64,000 bases of DNA from Octopus vulgaris. Taxonomy: Eukaryota. A program made the translations under genes and the position numbers. The stretch is taken from assembly GCA_951406725.2 (NCBI GenBank), contig OX597823.1, positions 61,070,001 to 61,134,000 of the forward strand. The letters run 5' to 3'. Under the pieces are notes generated by a model. That model did no database searches. It was not told the DNA's origin and saw nothing but the letters and a program-made list of their open reading frames with translations. This document shows, piece by piece, positions 12,300 through 26,950 of this stretch. Each line of letters begins with the position of its first letter. Positions within the stretch are counted from its first letter, which is position 1.

Positions 12300-13833
12300 G
12301 CGTTTAAATATATAAATATATATATATATACATACACACACATATATATATATACATATATTATGTGTGTGTGTGCGTATGTGTAAGTATGCACATATAA
12401 TATATATGTATGCATTTATATATGCTTGTGCGTTTTTGCATGCATATAAATGTATATTATATATATATATATATGTATATATAATGTATATATATATATG
12501 TATATGTGTGTATATATGAATATATATATATATATATATATATAATATGTATATGTTAATGCTCTTTATTAGCGTTTGCACTATATAAAATGTATATAAT
12601 AATGTGTGTGTGTATATATGTACATCCATATAAACTGTATACACACACACATACATAATTATATATATTTATATATACACAGAGTGAGAGAGATCCACGG
12701 GCATCAGTGTATGCCTAAGAATTTCTCTTAGCAATCTTTTGGTATTGGATTCAATCTGACTATGTGGCATGCCTCTATGTTGCACCTTGAGCAAGTGTCC
12801 TCTGCTTTTGCCCAAGGCTGACCAAAGCCTTGAAAGTGAACTTGGTGGATGGAAGATGCAAAAAGGCGTGAACGCAAACATGCAGCATTTTCTTTGTCCA
12901 GGGTTCGTTTGAAGGCGTTTGGTCAGTCTAGGGCTATTGAAGAACGTGTGTGGTTGTGCATGCACACACACAAATGTAAGTGAATGTTGATATTTTATGT
13001 TTTCACTACTTGAAAGAATGGTGATGATACAGACAATTGTTGTTGATATTATGATTGGTTGCTCTTGGCATTAGACGATCTCTGAAGTAAAAGGATACCT
13101 TAATTAAAGAAGCAGGTAATAGTTGATAATGGGAATAGCATCAAGGTGTAAGGTCCTGCCTCAACAACCCCATCCAATTTTTGCAGGCTTGGAAAAATGG
13201 ACATTAAATGAACAAATGGACGTCTATAATATATACAAATACACGTATATAAATATATACAAATATATATATTTACATATATATATATATATATATAATG
13301 TACATATATATATGTGAATATATACAGACATTACACATAAAGACATACACATACTTACATATGTAAACAAGCACATATATGTGTGTGTGTGTCTTTATAC
13401 TCTCACACACACACACACACATATTTCATAGAACAGAATAGTGACAAAAGTGACTCAAAGAACTTGTATGAAATTCCTGATCTTTGAGACATTTTCGAAG
13501 CATTTCTGCACCCCTAACTCTAAGAATATACACATACTGTAGTATTGTTGTTATATTTCTCCTGTATAATGTTCCACTAAATGTGTGTGTGTGTGCAGTG
13601 CATACACTTGAGTGTGTGTGTGTGTAGGTAAATATATGTATATGCATGTATATATATGTATATATATATATATATAATGTACACACATACATATACTCTT
13701 TTCTATGCATATATACATATATAGGCACATGCATATATATGTGTTTATGTTTTTGTGTGTATATAAATATATTCATATTTATTTACACACACACATGCAC
13801 ATGCATATACAAATATATTTAAATGCATGTTTG

Positions 13834-13868
<35 letters not shown>

Positions 13869-14173
13869 ATACATTTATTATTTACATACATGCACACACA
13901 CTTATTTATATATGTATATCTGTACTTACATGTATGTATATAAATATGTGTGCATCCATGTTTTGACATTTATTTATACATACATATATATGTGTGTGTG
14001 TGTACATATATATATATATATATATATACACGCACACACACACATCTTCCAAATATTCTTCAGTTGCATCAATTTAATTACACACTCACATTATGATTTA
14101 AATTCATAAAATTTATTCTGATATTTTGTTCATTTCATATATATATACACACACACATACATACATATATACA

Positions 14174-14229
<56 letters not shown>

Positions 14230-14350
14230 TACATATATATGCATATATATATATACACATATATACAAATATACATATATATATTAATATGTATATATAT
14301 ACACATACATACATACACACACACATTTTTTGCATATATATATATATATA
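12300..14350. repeat. Compound (TA)n/(TG)n/(CA)n microsatellite fields with an embedded decayed family A SINE (about 12700-12870)
   Basis: Direct inspection. These fields are the source of the I/Y/C/V/H/T-rich ORFs. Confidence 0.9.
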
Positions 14351-15716
14351 TCTGCAATTATTACAAACAACTTATTTTTAAAAATATTTTTTTCACCCTT
14401 TTTTTTTTGTTCCAAATTATCTATAGTATTCTTAGTAATTTGGTACTTAAACTCATCTCATTGGTTTCATCTATTGCTTTTAGTAAGAGATACTATGATA
14501 CAAACTGAGCTCACAAAATGTCTGTATTAAGTCTATTATTTTAACTGAATAAAAAAAATTATTTCTTCATTTCCTCATATTTCACAGTAATGAGTATGTT
14601 AGTTCTCCCCACCATTTTTTTCTGTATAAACTTGTCTTTGAGAAGTCAACATTAGGAAAACGCAAGATTTTCCAGATCTAGTGTTTCTCATATCTCAAAC
14701 AGCAACTAATTATGATGTTTACTAGTGTTTAAATTTTTTTTCCTTTTCCTTTTTTTTTTTCCTTTTTAAATTTGATATAATCAAAAATATATACTAAATA
14801 GCTATAGTTGAATTTAAGGTAACTTTTTGTTGTTTTTCGGATTTTTTTTTTTAAATTTTAAATCTGGGATAATTTTAGCAAAGATTATTCTAAAATGAAA
14901 TAGCCTCTTTTACTGAAGGGTATTGATTATCAGTCATACTGTGTTTGTTTAATTTTAATTTTTTTTTTTAAATTTAAATTTTAATTTTTAAAAAAAATAT
15001 TTTTATTATTTTGAATTATTTCAGTACTTAGCAATTTGAAGGATTAGCAATCTAAAGTTGTTTTCAATAACAACATCTCTGTGGGGTTTGGAATCCATGC
15101 TCCTCAGCTGTTATTGCTCTGAATGCACTTTAGGTTCGACAATAAGAATCAAAATACACAATGGAACACTGTTATTTAGTTTCTTACAATGATCAAAAGG
15201 AATGAACTTTGTCTTAAGTTTATACACAAAATTCTTCTGCATTTTTTTTTTGTTTTTGGTCTATTTCCTTCAAATTGTCATTGTTGTTTTTTGTTGTTGT
15301 TGTTGTTACTGTTGTTGTTAGTATTATTGTTTTTGTTATGGAATATTATATGGTATGTTTTCAAAGTATTATTACACTTTTTAATCATAATTTTCAATCG
15401 TATGAATATTTCTTTATCATTTTTCTATAATTAATGTTTTAAGCGTTATTCTTTGAAAAAAAAAAAATTCATTTTTATTTTCGTTTATTTTTTTTTACTT
15501 TTTGTTTTTTCTTCTTTTTTTTGTGGGCAACTCTCATAAGTGCATCCTGAAATGCAACCATATTAAATAAACAAATCAATATTTATTAACTTCATTAATT
15601 ATGCTTCTGGGAGCTATCAAAATTAAAATCATTAGTAGAGTTTCTTTTTTTTTTTATCTTTTCTGTTTTTAAGTCTTTTCATTTCTTCTTCTTTCCTCCA
15701 ACACTTCAATCTGTAG

Positions 15717-15739
15717 GAATTTTATGCAGTGTTTTATGA
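15717..15739 (+). CDS. Candidate alternative terminal mini-exon (phase 1: xILCSVL*), CaaX-type end
   Basis: Long pyrimidine tract, then ctgtAG|GA ATT TTA TGC AGT GTT TTA TGA. Confidence 0.35.
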
Positions 15740-15892
15740 ATTTCCATTCTGAAATATTTAGTAATCCATCTTGGAGTATATTAAATACATTCATAACTAT
15801 TAACTATTTTAAATTTATATCTCTTCTTACTATTAAAAAAATTGGAAAGCATTCAGAATAGTTTAAATGTATGTGAAACTATTCACAGCAAA

Positions 15893-15949
<57 letters not shown>

Positions 15950-16932
15950 TATTTATTGTGGTAAGGATTACATCTGACATATGTTATATTAGTGTTGATG
16001 CAGTGGGCAATATCATTATGTCAAAATATTTAGTCTTTGGCTTGCATTTTAGTATTTACTGTAAGCATCATAAAACATCAATTTCTCATAATGGAGCAAT
16101 TTCAATATTAATATTATCACATAACATTTAGCAAACATACATAAAAACTTTAAAATAATTTAACATAATCATCAAACTAAAATTAGACTTTGCCATTTCT
16201 AAGTTGTTGAATAGTTCTGTTGTATTATTTGATCTGGTATTTCGTTTACTATTTTCCCTGTCATTATTTCCACTTTTGTTCCTGGCTGTTTCAATATTGA
16301 GTAGCTTAATCTCTATATATAACACACAGAGCCTACCTACATCTACTTTCAATTCTTTTTGAAAACCTCAGTAATGTGCAAGAACTATGAAAGCAGTTCC
16401 TATGTGAACATTTACCTTTTCTTCAACATCTATAGATGAAAACAGCATTAAAATGTAATTAAAGTGTACTACTAAAGTTTTAGCACATGGGCTTCATTAT
16501 TATAACTCTTTCCAAAACACATTCTCATTGTATTAAAGTGTATTCGATTCTTCCTAATGTTACAAATATATTCAGTCTCTTAAAGCATAATTTACAAAAC
16601 ATTAAAACACTATGATAACTCTAGATAAGATGCAGCCACAGGTCCAAGCCATGCAATAGATACTACATTATGACATTGTTTAAGTTATATTAATCTATTT
16701 CTTTCGATTTACCTAGCTATAAATTCACTGTCTAATGGTACTAAATAAAATAGTCGTAAAATAATTGATCAAAGAATGTATGCAAATGTTCATTGAGATG
16801 CCTGGAATAGCAGAACATAAAATTCAAAACAAAGCTAAAAGAATATCTTATTTTGGAGAAAAATTTATGTAAAATTATTTTAGATTCAATCTACCTAATA
16901 TCAAAGTTACATATTTCTGCGAGCTGTGTGGG

Positions 16933-17320
16933 GGCACAGGTGTGATTCTGTGTTAAGAAACTTGCTTCTCAACCACACAGTTCTGGGTTCAGTTCCACTG
17001 TGTGCCTGCTTGAGCAAGTATCTTCCACTGTAGCCTTGGGCCAACTAAAGCCTTGTGAGTAGATTTGGTAGACGGAAACTGAAAGAAGCTCATTATATAT
17101 ATATATAAAACTATGTTTATGTGTCTTTGTAAGTGTTCGCCACCACTGCTTAACAACCAGTGTCCATTTGTTTACATCCCCGTAACTTAACGGTTCGGCA
17201 AAAAGAAGATTAATAGAATAAGTACCAGGCTTAATATAGGGTCTGTTCAACCAATTAACGGTTCGTCAAGGGAGTGCCCTAGCATGACTACAGTCTAAAT
17301 ACTGGAACAGATAAGAGATA
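16933..17320 (+). mobile_element. SINE family A, near full length
   Basis: Collinear with 50722-51100: tRNA-like head, cttgagcaagt.tcttc motif, internal (TA)n, 3' gcatgactacagtctaaatactggaaca. Confidence 0.9.
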
Positions 17321-18479
17321 TCTGCATGAGTATTGATAAAGGACAAAGCTCTGATAAACCAAATATTCATATTGTAGGTTTTAAAGGAAGGGTAAATGGA
17401 AGTTACATGGATATTACTGGTATTACTATCTATTTACTTACTACCTTGAAGGATTTCTAATTGAGCATTAAAACCGAATTAGAAGCACAGCGCATTGAGA
17501 AATAAACTTATTGAATGACGTTCACCGTGATGCTGTGGAAATTGCTTCCAGTATTGGTATGACAACAAGATTAATTTTATTAACAACTATATTTAATAGT
17601 GATCTGTTGGTCCTTGATGTTGACACACTGTGTATTTTCCTAATCATCATCTGAAACATCGCTGTGGTTACACTCAGAAAGAAACCTTTTAGTATTATGT
17701 TACATAGTTGGCTCTCTTTCAATTCAGATCTTTTGGCAGATATATATTTTGGAAACCTCAGCCAATTTATAAGAAATCTTCAAATATTTTCCTTTTCTAA
17801 TAAAAATCTATATCCAATCCATAGATTATATTATTATTGATTAGTGTTTCTCAGCCAACTTATGTATGTTTTTACTTTTCTTTAGCTAAGTAGGTAAGGT
17901 ACTGGCTTTCAGACAGTTTTTTGTCTGTTTTGTTGAGGAGGGGGTTCCCCTCCTTAGTTCACATCTAACTTCCAGGCATTGTGTTGTATCCTTCAGCAAA
18001 ATGATTGAACTTGAAAATTATTAACTAAATAATTAACTTGAAAATGTTTAATAAACACAACTATGGAACAAGAAGCTCCATCTATTTTACAACTTCAGTA
18101 GTTGTCATATTTTTCCTTGAATTTATTGTTTCTAATGAAAGAAATTTACTATACAATCCCCACAAACTTGATATAAATGAATTTCTATATAAAGTATGAA
18201 GATAAGTTTTAAACAGAATTTAATTTTACTTGTTAATTCCATATATATAATATACAGTTGTGTCTCAAAGCTTTCCGAAGTTGTACTTTTATGATAATAT
18301 TTTTATAATTACACAGCCAACAATTTATATTTTTTATTTTCTGTGGAGGGAAAGTTCAACTTTTAAATATTTGAGGTTTTAAAAAATAAAATTCAACCAA
18401 TTAAGCACTAAGGATAAAATGTTTGTCGAGCTTATACAATCCTAAATATTATACACATCCATGTATGTGTGTATATATG

Positions 18480-18513
<34 letters not shown>

Positions 18514-20456
18514 TATATACACACACTGCACATGTGTGTGTGTGTATATATATATATCATGTCTTTATGTAAGCCCAGTCTACTCAAATATTCTGTTCTT
18601 ATACGCATGGGCAAAGAGCATCCATATATCCAAAATTTTCCTACTAAAATTAGTATGGAAAATGTGGATCTTGAATAATCTATCAATTTCAAGACATTAC
18701 AACTATGAAAATAATAACAAGGCTGTGTTACACTTGAAGCCACAACTTAACTATTTCATTTAAATAGAGTGAAATAAGAAAATGGGGTTTTATTTAGCAA
18801 TTTATCTACTTAATACTGTCACAGTCAAGCCAAAAACAAAATGAAACAATTATAGGAAAATGGCATTAAATGAAATATCATAGAATTAGGTTTCTTTTTT
18901 TTTTTTTAATGTTTCTTCGGCATTTCCAGATGTAAATTTGCTGATCTTGTTGATTGCACTAAATCTATGATGGACATATTTAATTTCCATGTATCACACT
19001 AGAGACATCATTATTGAAACATCTTCTCTTTATGACAAGCTCCTTTATAACATATCTATATAAGAACACATTTTTGTTGGATGTTATCACTTTCAAATTT
19101 TCTTTCATTGTTGAAACATACCATTCGTAACTAGAATTAGAAGGAGAAAAAAAACCCACTTCCAGTGTAGGGCTTTTCATTTAATTGCTCTTTTTTTTTT
19201 CTTGCTTTTCTCATGCAATATCCATAAATATGTTTATAAAAGGAGATTAATGACATATTGCTTTGTTTGACTTAAACACACAAAATTGCACATGTTTTAT
19301 ACTTGTTTTTGATTAATTCTTATTTCATAGCATATAAACTATTTATCCTAAGCTGTTTGTATTTAAAACCTAATTGGAAAGACAAAGAAATCCATCTGTT
19401 ATCTTGAAATAATTTAATAATGGCATCCTATATGATTGAATATCAGATAGTTTATAACATTATATTTGAATAATGTCATTACATATGTTTTCACTACAAT
19501 TTTATGTTTGTTTATACATATTTCGATTCTAGTTCATCACATACATAACTTACATACTTGCATACATTTACACACAGTTTTATGACTAAAAGACACTCTC
19601 TGTATGGTAAATAGAATTTATCTACAGAATAACTCCATTCACTATTAGTCTCTTATGTGTTTTTTTTTCTTTTGTCATATCAGAATATTTGTTATATATT
19701 TTAATATCTTTATAATACAGTAATACAGAATAATCTTTTATCTGCCTAGTGTCATATTAGAAAGTGGGTTTCTAATTAGATTATGCTCACCGTTTTATCA
19801 GCTTTCTTCAGAACTTTTAACTTAAAAACACACACACACACACATACACAACAACAAACAAAATTTAAATCACAGACTCAATATTTGCCATTGATGCATT
19901 GCTTTTATTGATGTTTGCGCAAAACTAAATATAGATAAGAGAGGCTATTTAAAATTGCTCTCTTTTTCATTTCTAATTCAACACTCACCCCCTCTCTCTC
20001 TCTCTCCCCCCCTTCTCATTCTCTCTCCATCCATTGTTATTAATAGCCTGACTAACAAGATGACCTGTATCTATATTCATATTTGTTCTACCTCATTTAT
20101 GGAAACAATTGTTGGAGCATGAAGGTATATATGGAGTACTTATTATACTTTTATGTTCAATCATTAATGAAGAGAAGTTTCCATTTTGTGTATTTTTTCC
20201 TTTTATTTTATTTCAGTTTATTTTGTAAATTTTTTGAATGTAAATTGATGGAGAGATTTAATTTTTCGCCCTTATTTTAAATTGTTTTATATTAAGTTTC
20301 ACATTTTTAATAATAATCAAATTTAATTTTGCAAAATAAAGCTAGAAATCATTAGAATTTGCTAGGTGGCTGTCAGAGAGCTTTCAAATTAAGTATAATT
20401 TGATTTTATTGACTGTTAATTTTCACTCAAATATTTTGGCACAAAATGTCCCAGAT

Positions 20457-20492
<36 letters not shown>

Positions 20493-20517
20493 ACGTTCTG
20501 CATGAATATAACTGCAG

Positions 20518-20577
20518 ATGACAACAATCTCGAACCAGTGTGAGGTGGCAGAACTGTGTGAGATGGCACCTGTGTAG
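20518..20577 (+). CDS. Candidate terminal exon (phase 1: xDNNLEPV* ending 20543; phase 0: MTTISNQCEVAELCEMAPV*)
   Basis: A T-run of more than 25 nt precedes ctgcAG. A GC-richer coding-like island is followed by U/A-tract-rich, 3'UTR-like sequence. Confidence 0.45.
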   Translation: MTTISNQCEVAELCEMAPV

Positions 20578-21829
20578 AAATTCTTTTCTTTGTACCAAAG
20601 GAAAACCAAATTTAAATCCCTTAGATATGAAATCATAGATGGATTGATTTTTCCATCCAAAATCAGTTCTACTTAAAAAAAAAAAAAGAAGAAAAAAAAA
20701 AGCAATCTTCTTTTCTGACATTTAGATTATCTGTATGGTAATAACAAATGACTGCTAAAGAATTTTGTATATCTCAATATGAAGAAGACATGGGAATTTT
20801 AATTTCAATTCCCCTTTTTCAAAATATGTGATCCTTCCTCATTGTTACTTTGGTGTAATGTATATACATGAACATATAATTTCATAATTTTGTAGTTAAC
20901 AATTATTAAACATTCTCCTCTCCAATAAAAAAAAATCACTTGATGTGGTCATGTATATTTGTATATGTACTCGCAAGTGTGTATATATATATATATGTAT
21001 TATGTGTGTGCACAAGTACACACACATAATACACTGAAATAATACATAATTTTTTCGTTCTGTTTTAAGTATATGGGTGCTGCTGAAGCCCTCATTCTTT
21101 CATTTTATCATGTGATTTCTTTTAAGTCTTTATAGTGATTATATTTTCTCCTCTATTTGCTCAGAAAAAAAAATTATAAAATTATATACATGTATGTATA
21201 TAAATATATGTATGTATGTGAGTGTGTATGTGTATTTGTATACATATACATGTGTATATATATGTGTGCTTGCATCTATATGTGTATATATATATATATA
21301 CACATATATTTATACATGCACATGCACACACACAGACACACACACACACACATACACACATATATATATATATATATTATGTAAAGAAAGATGGAACCTC
21401 TACTGCTGCGTTGAGTGTTCTGAACCAAACTTGTTTTAAAATCTAAGTATTTTGGTGCATGACAAAACAAACATGTACTCTGAAAATGGTAATTTAAAAA
21501 AAAAACACAAAAAAAACATGATGTAAAGATTTTGTAAGACATGAAATAATATATAGACATGTATAGAGAATTACTGACTTTTTTTTTCTATACCTTCATA
21601 CTTATTGATTTATATATGTTAGTTAAAAATTCTCACACGTAGGTTAAAATTTTATCACCTGTGTTACAAGGAAGTGTAATAGTACTTTTTTCTGTGGCTT
21701 AAATTTTTGAGCACTGCTTGTTAATCCCTTCTTTTGTAGTTGATATCATGTACATATTGTAATCTGTGGAAAATGTGCTACACCTACCACCTACACCCAC
21801 CCCCACTTTTTTTTTACCTCTTCCTTTAG

Positions 21830-21846
21830 GACTCACTAGATATTGA
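21830..21846 (+). CDS. Candidate terminal mini-exon (phase 1: xLTRY*)
   Basis: Strong acceptor ctttttttttacctcttcctttAG|G. Confidence 0.25.
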
Positions 21847-22355
21847 ACTTGAATTGTCTCCCTTCATTTACACTCTCTATATAAAAAAATACCTGTAGTT
21901 CTGCTTTTTTTTATTTTAATTTTTATTCTTGATTTGTTTTATGTTTCTAATGACAAGATTTCTAATTGACTATGACATTTCTTGACCTAGATAACTGTAT
22001 ACTTTAAAAGCAAAATCGTAAAAAATACAAATGAAAAAAATTGTACTGAATTAATTTCATGATTTCACCCTTTATCCTAAATTCCTAATCACTCGTTAAT
22101 GTTGATTGCCCCCTTATCCCAAAGTAAATTCCAATGTTGGCTATAGTTCTATATGTGAACAAAACATCATTTTAAGTTGCTACTCAGGAAAATGGAAACA
22201 ATTTCCACTTTTGTAAGCATGTATGTATATCATGAATGTAACCGTGGATAAATGGATTGTAACGTCAACTATCTTATTTGTGTTTGTATGTATACATGTG
22301 TGTGTATACACTCACACATGTAGATATACACACGCATGTTTTTGTGTGTAAATAC

Positions 22356-22400
<45 letters not shown>

Positions 22401-22559
22401 GTTTATATATAATAATATATGCACATGCGTATATATATTTATGTATACGTATATAAATATATATAAGGTGCAAAAATGGCGTACTCCAAATGAATAATGT
22501 TATGTAATCCGATGGTAGAAAGAATTACATGGATTAGGTACTCCAAAACCAGTCGGAAA

Positions 22560-22576
22560 GATGGGGTTCCATGTAA

Positions 22577-22617
<41 letters not shown>

Positions 22618-23060
22618 TATGTACATATATATATGTGCATATGTACATGTGTGTGCATGTATATATGTGTGTGTGTATTTATAGGTACACTTTATGTATA
22701 CATGTGTATATAAGCTTGTATATACATTTGTTTTTTTGTGTATATATGTATGTGCATAAATATGTTTGTGGATATATATTTGTGTGTGTGTGTATGTATG
22801 TGTTTATATATGGATGTGTATATCTATGTATATATGGATGTGTATATCTATGTATATATGGATGTGTATATTTATGTATATATGCATATATGTATGCGTC
22901 TATATATGTGTGTATATATATATAAATGCATGCTAATATATAAGTATATTCATACCAATATATATATATATATATGTGTGTGTGTGTATATATACATATA
23001 TATATACACACGTATGTGTGTGTCTATTGTCTATATATATATTCAAGTGTATACATGCAT
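22560..23060. repeat. (TA)/(TG) microsatellite field containing a 24-bp x3 minisatellite (about 22806-22880)
   Basis: tatatatggatgtgtatatctatg is repeated three times. Confidence 0.85.
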
Positions 23061-23396
23061 GCAAACATAAAATATTAAAAAAATAATAAAAATGCTTAAT
23101 ACGGGTCAGATATTAGCAGTAAATTAAAATGGTGATATTGTATCTGCAAATTCTCTGTATGCTTTTAGTGGTTCCTCTGCTTTTTCTTTTCCTTTTTTCA
23201 TTTTTTTTTTGTGGTTATAGGGAAAAAAAATACTTTCTTTATTTTATAACAAAAAACATGAAAAAATGTATAAAAAAAAGAACAAAAATAACAGAATTGT
23301 ATAATACTTACTAAGTTTATGATTAATACCATTAATATTACTTTTATCATTCTGATTGCTATGGGAGAAATGCAAATGTTTTTTTTTCTTCTCCAG

Positions 23397-23410
23397 AATG
23401 GAAGTAGTAG
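23397..23410 (+). CDS. Candidate terminal mini-exon (phase 1: xWK**)
   Basis: tttttttttcttctccAG|AA TGG AAG TAG TAG, a double stop. Confidence 0.25.
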
Positions 23411-26012
23411 ACAGGTCAAAAAAAAAAAAGGAAAAACATTAAAAAAAAAAGTTTTATTTTATAAAGTGCAAGGATGTGATAATAGATTCATGAAGAGTTG
23501 TCAAAACTATGTTTCTGAGAGTACTTCACTACAGCTGAGCTGTGCTTGCACACTTCTTACTGAACATACAGGCATCTGAGAAAGATGTCTTAAAACTGAA
23601 CTGCTAACAAAAAAAATAAAATGAAATATAAAGACAATTTATCATGGTAAACACAAGGCAGGGCTCTTTATATTCTCTATAAATTCTTTTTTTCTCTTTG
23701 AAAATTCTAATGCTTCAAGCTAAAGCAAAAAGGGGCTAGAAGCTTTCATCAGAACCTTATAAGACCATGGCAGGGACTTCTGAAGACCAAGAAGCACCTT
23801 GGAAATTTAACAAAAAAAAAAAAAAAGAAAAAAGCAACAAAAAATACCCAGATATCTCCACCTTGTCAGTATACAAAAAAAAATTGTAAATTATTTTTTA
23901 TTGTTCCTTTTTATTTACTGTTCAATGTGTATGTATGCTTTTGTGCATATTTGTAAGAATGCACACTCCTCTATATGCATGTGTATAATTTTGAATGAAA
24001 CAGAAATCATAAATTTATTTCTTTTCTTTGTGTTGAGCTAGCTTGGCATTTGGTTACACGTGATTGTCTGTGTGTGTGTCTGTCTGAGTTTGAATGTATT
24101 TGTATGAAATTATGCTGTGTTTTATGCTTTGAAAAAAAAAAACCAAAAAAGTGGTCAAAATTTTCATTTAAAAAGTTTTTTAAGTCAATATGCAGATATG
24201 CTGTTCTTCAACACTTTCTGTAAGAACTCACAATCTTAAATGTAGTTACAAATATCTAGGATCATATTTCAACACTGTTTTAAGCACCAGATTCTGCATT
24301 AGGTCGTTATACAAAAATTTTTCTTTAATCATCTAAATTATGAACAATCATGGGTGAATATATATATGTATATGTATATATATATACACACACTCACACA
24401 TACTCACAGACATACATATATATTTGATAGTGTCACAGAAATTGTTAAGTTTATGCACTGGACCTTAGTGCTTAAGTTGTCTAAGGGCTGAGTTTGCCTT
24501 CCATCCTTTTGGATCAATGAAGTAAAAATCTTCATATGCTGGCCTATGTGATTATGGTTGACAATAGAGAGAAGTAACCCAGTTTTCTGCAATATTGTTT
24601 AATATTTTATATTGTTTGTAAGTTAATGTCTCATAGCTTTTAATCAAGATCTTTTCTAAGTGACAGATGAAATAGTTTTATGATTTATGATGTCTTACAG
24701 AATTTCCTTTCTTTATTTCATTTGGGATTCCTTTCTGCTTCCCTCACATTGCCTCATTTAAACAGAATATATTATTTTATATCTGTTGTCTATCAAATAT
24801 AAAATATGGACATTACAGCTATGTCACTATGCTAATGACATCGATATAATAACTGCAGGCTGTAACTTTAATCAAATTTTTTTTATTCATTCCATCTAGA
24901 CATAATGTCTTTGATGTCCTTTTAATTTTAGTGCATTATTTTAATAACATGTTAGTTATATACCAGACACATTAGACTAACATTATAGAAAAATACAAAT
25001 TAACTTCTTTCTTCTATGCGTTATCAACTTAGTTTGCATTGTTTTCTCTACACCCACTCCCCATACAAGAGATATATGGCTATTTGCATATCTGAGATAT
25101 GATCTAAGGATTGTCTGTTTCACCATTAGTATCTATCGACACTTTTAAGATTATTTTAAAGCCTTCAATTTCACACAAATGAACAATTTTGAAAGGTAAC
25201 CTTTACTATTGTATTAAATTTTCCTTTTGGTAATATGTGACCTTATATATATCTATATATATGTGTATGTATATGTATATATATATATATATATATGATT
25301 TATTTGAATGTTATGTATTTGTGATTGTGTACGTCTGTGTGAATATATTTTCTATATATGAGTTTCAACTCGGAGCTCTTTTATTGTGTATGTTTTCTTT
25401 TTTTATCCATTAACATTTATTCTCCTTTGCTAATGAAAAACTATGACGGGTAAAAACTATAAAAATTGCTTAGACTGTTATGTCAGTATATTTTTTATTA
25501 TTTATTCACAATATTTCTCTCAAGGAAAGAACCTCCACTGTTAACTCTTCTCTGAGAATCTTAATTTTATCTAATGATTATTATTATTATTATTATTTTT
25601 ACATATATAGTATTTAATCTACCTTTTTCCTCTTGATTCTTGTAAAAAAGATTTTCTTTTCATCAAGGATACTCTTCCTATAATGAAGAAGAGTTCTGCT
25701 CTTCTTCCTCTCAGGAACAGTTTACTTTCACAACATTACGGGTGTATGTTCAATAAGCATCCCATGTTTATTGAGCACTTTAAGGTTGTGGTCAATTTTT
25801 ATATTGAGCTCTTCCAAAAAAAGATACCCTTTTAATTCTGAATCCCTTTCAAGGTGTCGCTGTTTTGGTTCTTAACTAAGCAGCTCATTATTTGGTCTAA
25901 ACTATATTTTTATGCATTCTTTTAAAGAGAGGGAGGGTCTATTTTCTTATTTTTCTTTTTTTCTTTTCATGAGACTTATATATACATACATATATATATA
26001 TATGTATGTATG

Positions 26013-26067
<55 letters not shown>

Positions 26068-26930
26068 TAGCAGAGGAGAAAGCTAGGATCATAATTAAAG
26101 TAGTTTCCAATGCAGAGAGTGTCTAGAGGAGGATTGTCTTAAGTTAAAGAGAAAGAGTAAAACTAGCAAAACAGGCTATTATACATTGTGTTTAGATATA
26201 CTGTTGGAAATTAAATGTATTTTTAATATAGCACAGAAAGAACATGGTGTGGTGTTAGTGTAGAACATCTTTTAATGTAAGACCCTGAACAAATGAGTAA
26301 AAATAGAGTAACACTGAGCTTAATGCAAGAAGTGCATTTGTGAGGCCTCAACTAGGACCAGAGTATTTTACAGTGAATAAAGTAAATTGACTTCAAGTTG
26401 AGACTAGGGCCAAAGAGACGACCTATAGCATTTATAAGTTTCTCTTCTCTCGAGGTACTCAATATTATTTTATATTCGGGTGGATTTGTATAGCGTTAGA
26501 AGCTGTTGAAGACTAGCTTTTTTTCTTCTTATCCTTGAGAAAGAAAGCCCAGCTTCATAAAAATTTGGTATATTGATTAAATATATTTTTTAATATTTAC
26601 TTTGGAAGAGTATTAACTCCCTCCCTACCCGTTTCCTTTATCCAAATATAAGTGTTTTCAGTAACGTTCTTTGATCTTGTCTCTAAATGCACGCCATTGC
26701 ATGTAAATGTTTGGATATGTGTGTCCGTGGATGTGCATATATATATATATATATATATATTCTCATACATATACACTGTCTGAAGCATAAATTGTTTTGT
26801 ATTGTTTTTCTTAAAATTTCTGTTCAGCTATATATTTCTTTTACTCTTTTTAGCCACAGTATTTGCAAACTTCAACTAAATTTTTTGTTTTTGTTTTCTT
26901 TGGCACACCATTCTTTTGTTCTCATTGCAG

Positions 26931-26950
26931 AATATCATTTCTATTTTTAA
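26931..26950 (+). CDS. Candidate terminal mini-exon (phase 1: xYHFYF*)
   Basis: ttcttttgttctcattgcAG|AA TAT CAT TTC TAT TTT TAA. Confidence 0.25.

Noticed and set aside
17470-17722. Possible exon or Helitron-like coding remnant (LLNDVHRDAVEIASSIG..)
   Set aside because: No convincing splice sites or diagnostic motif. It cannot be supported without a homology search.
23780-23812. CTGAAGA..caag/cttg..GAAA hammerhead-like string
   Set aside because: There is no usable stem I and the stem II register is off; likely chance.
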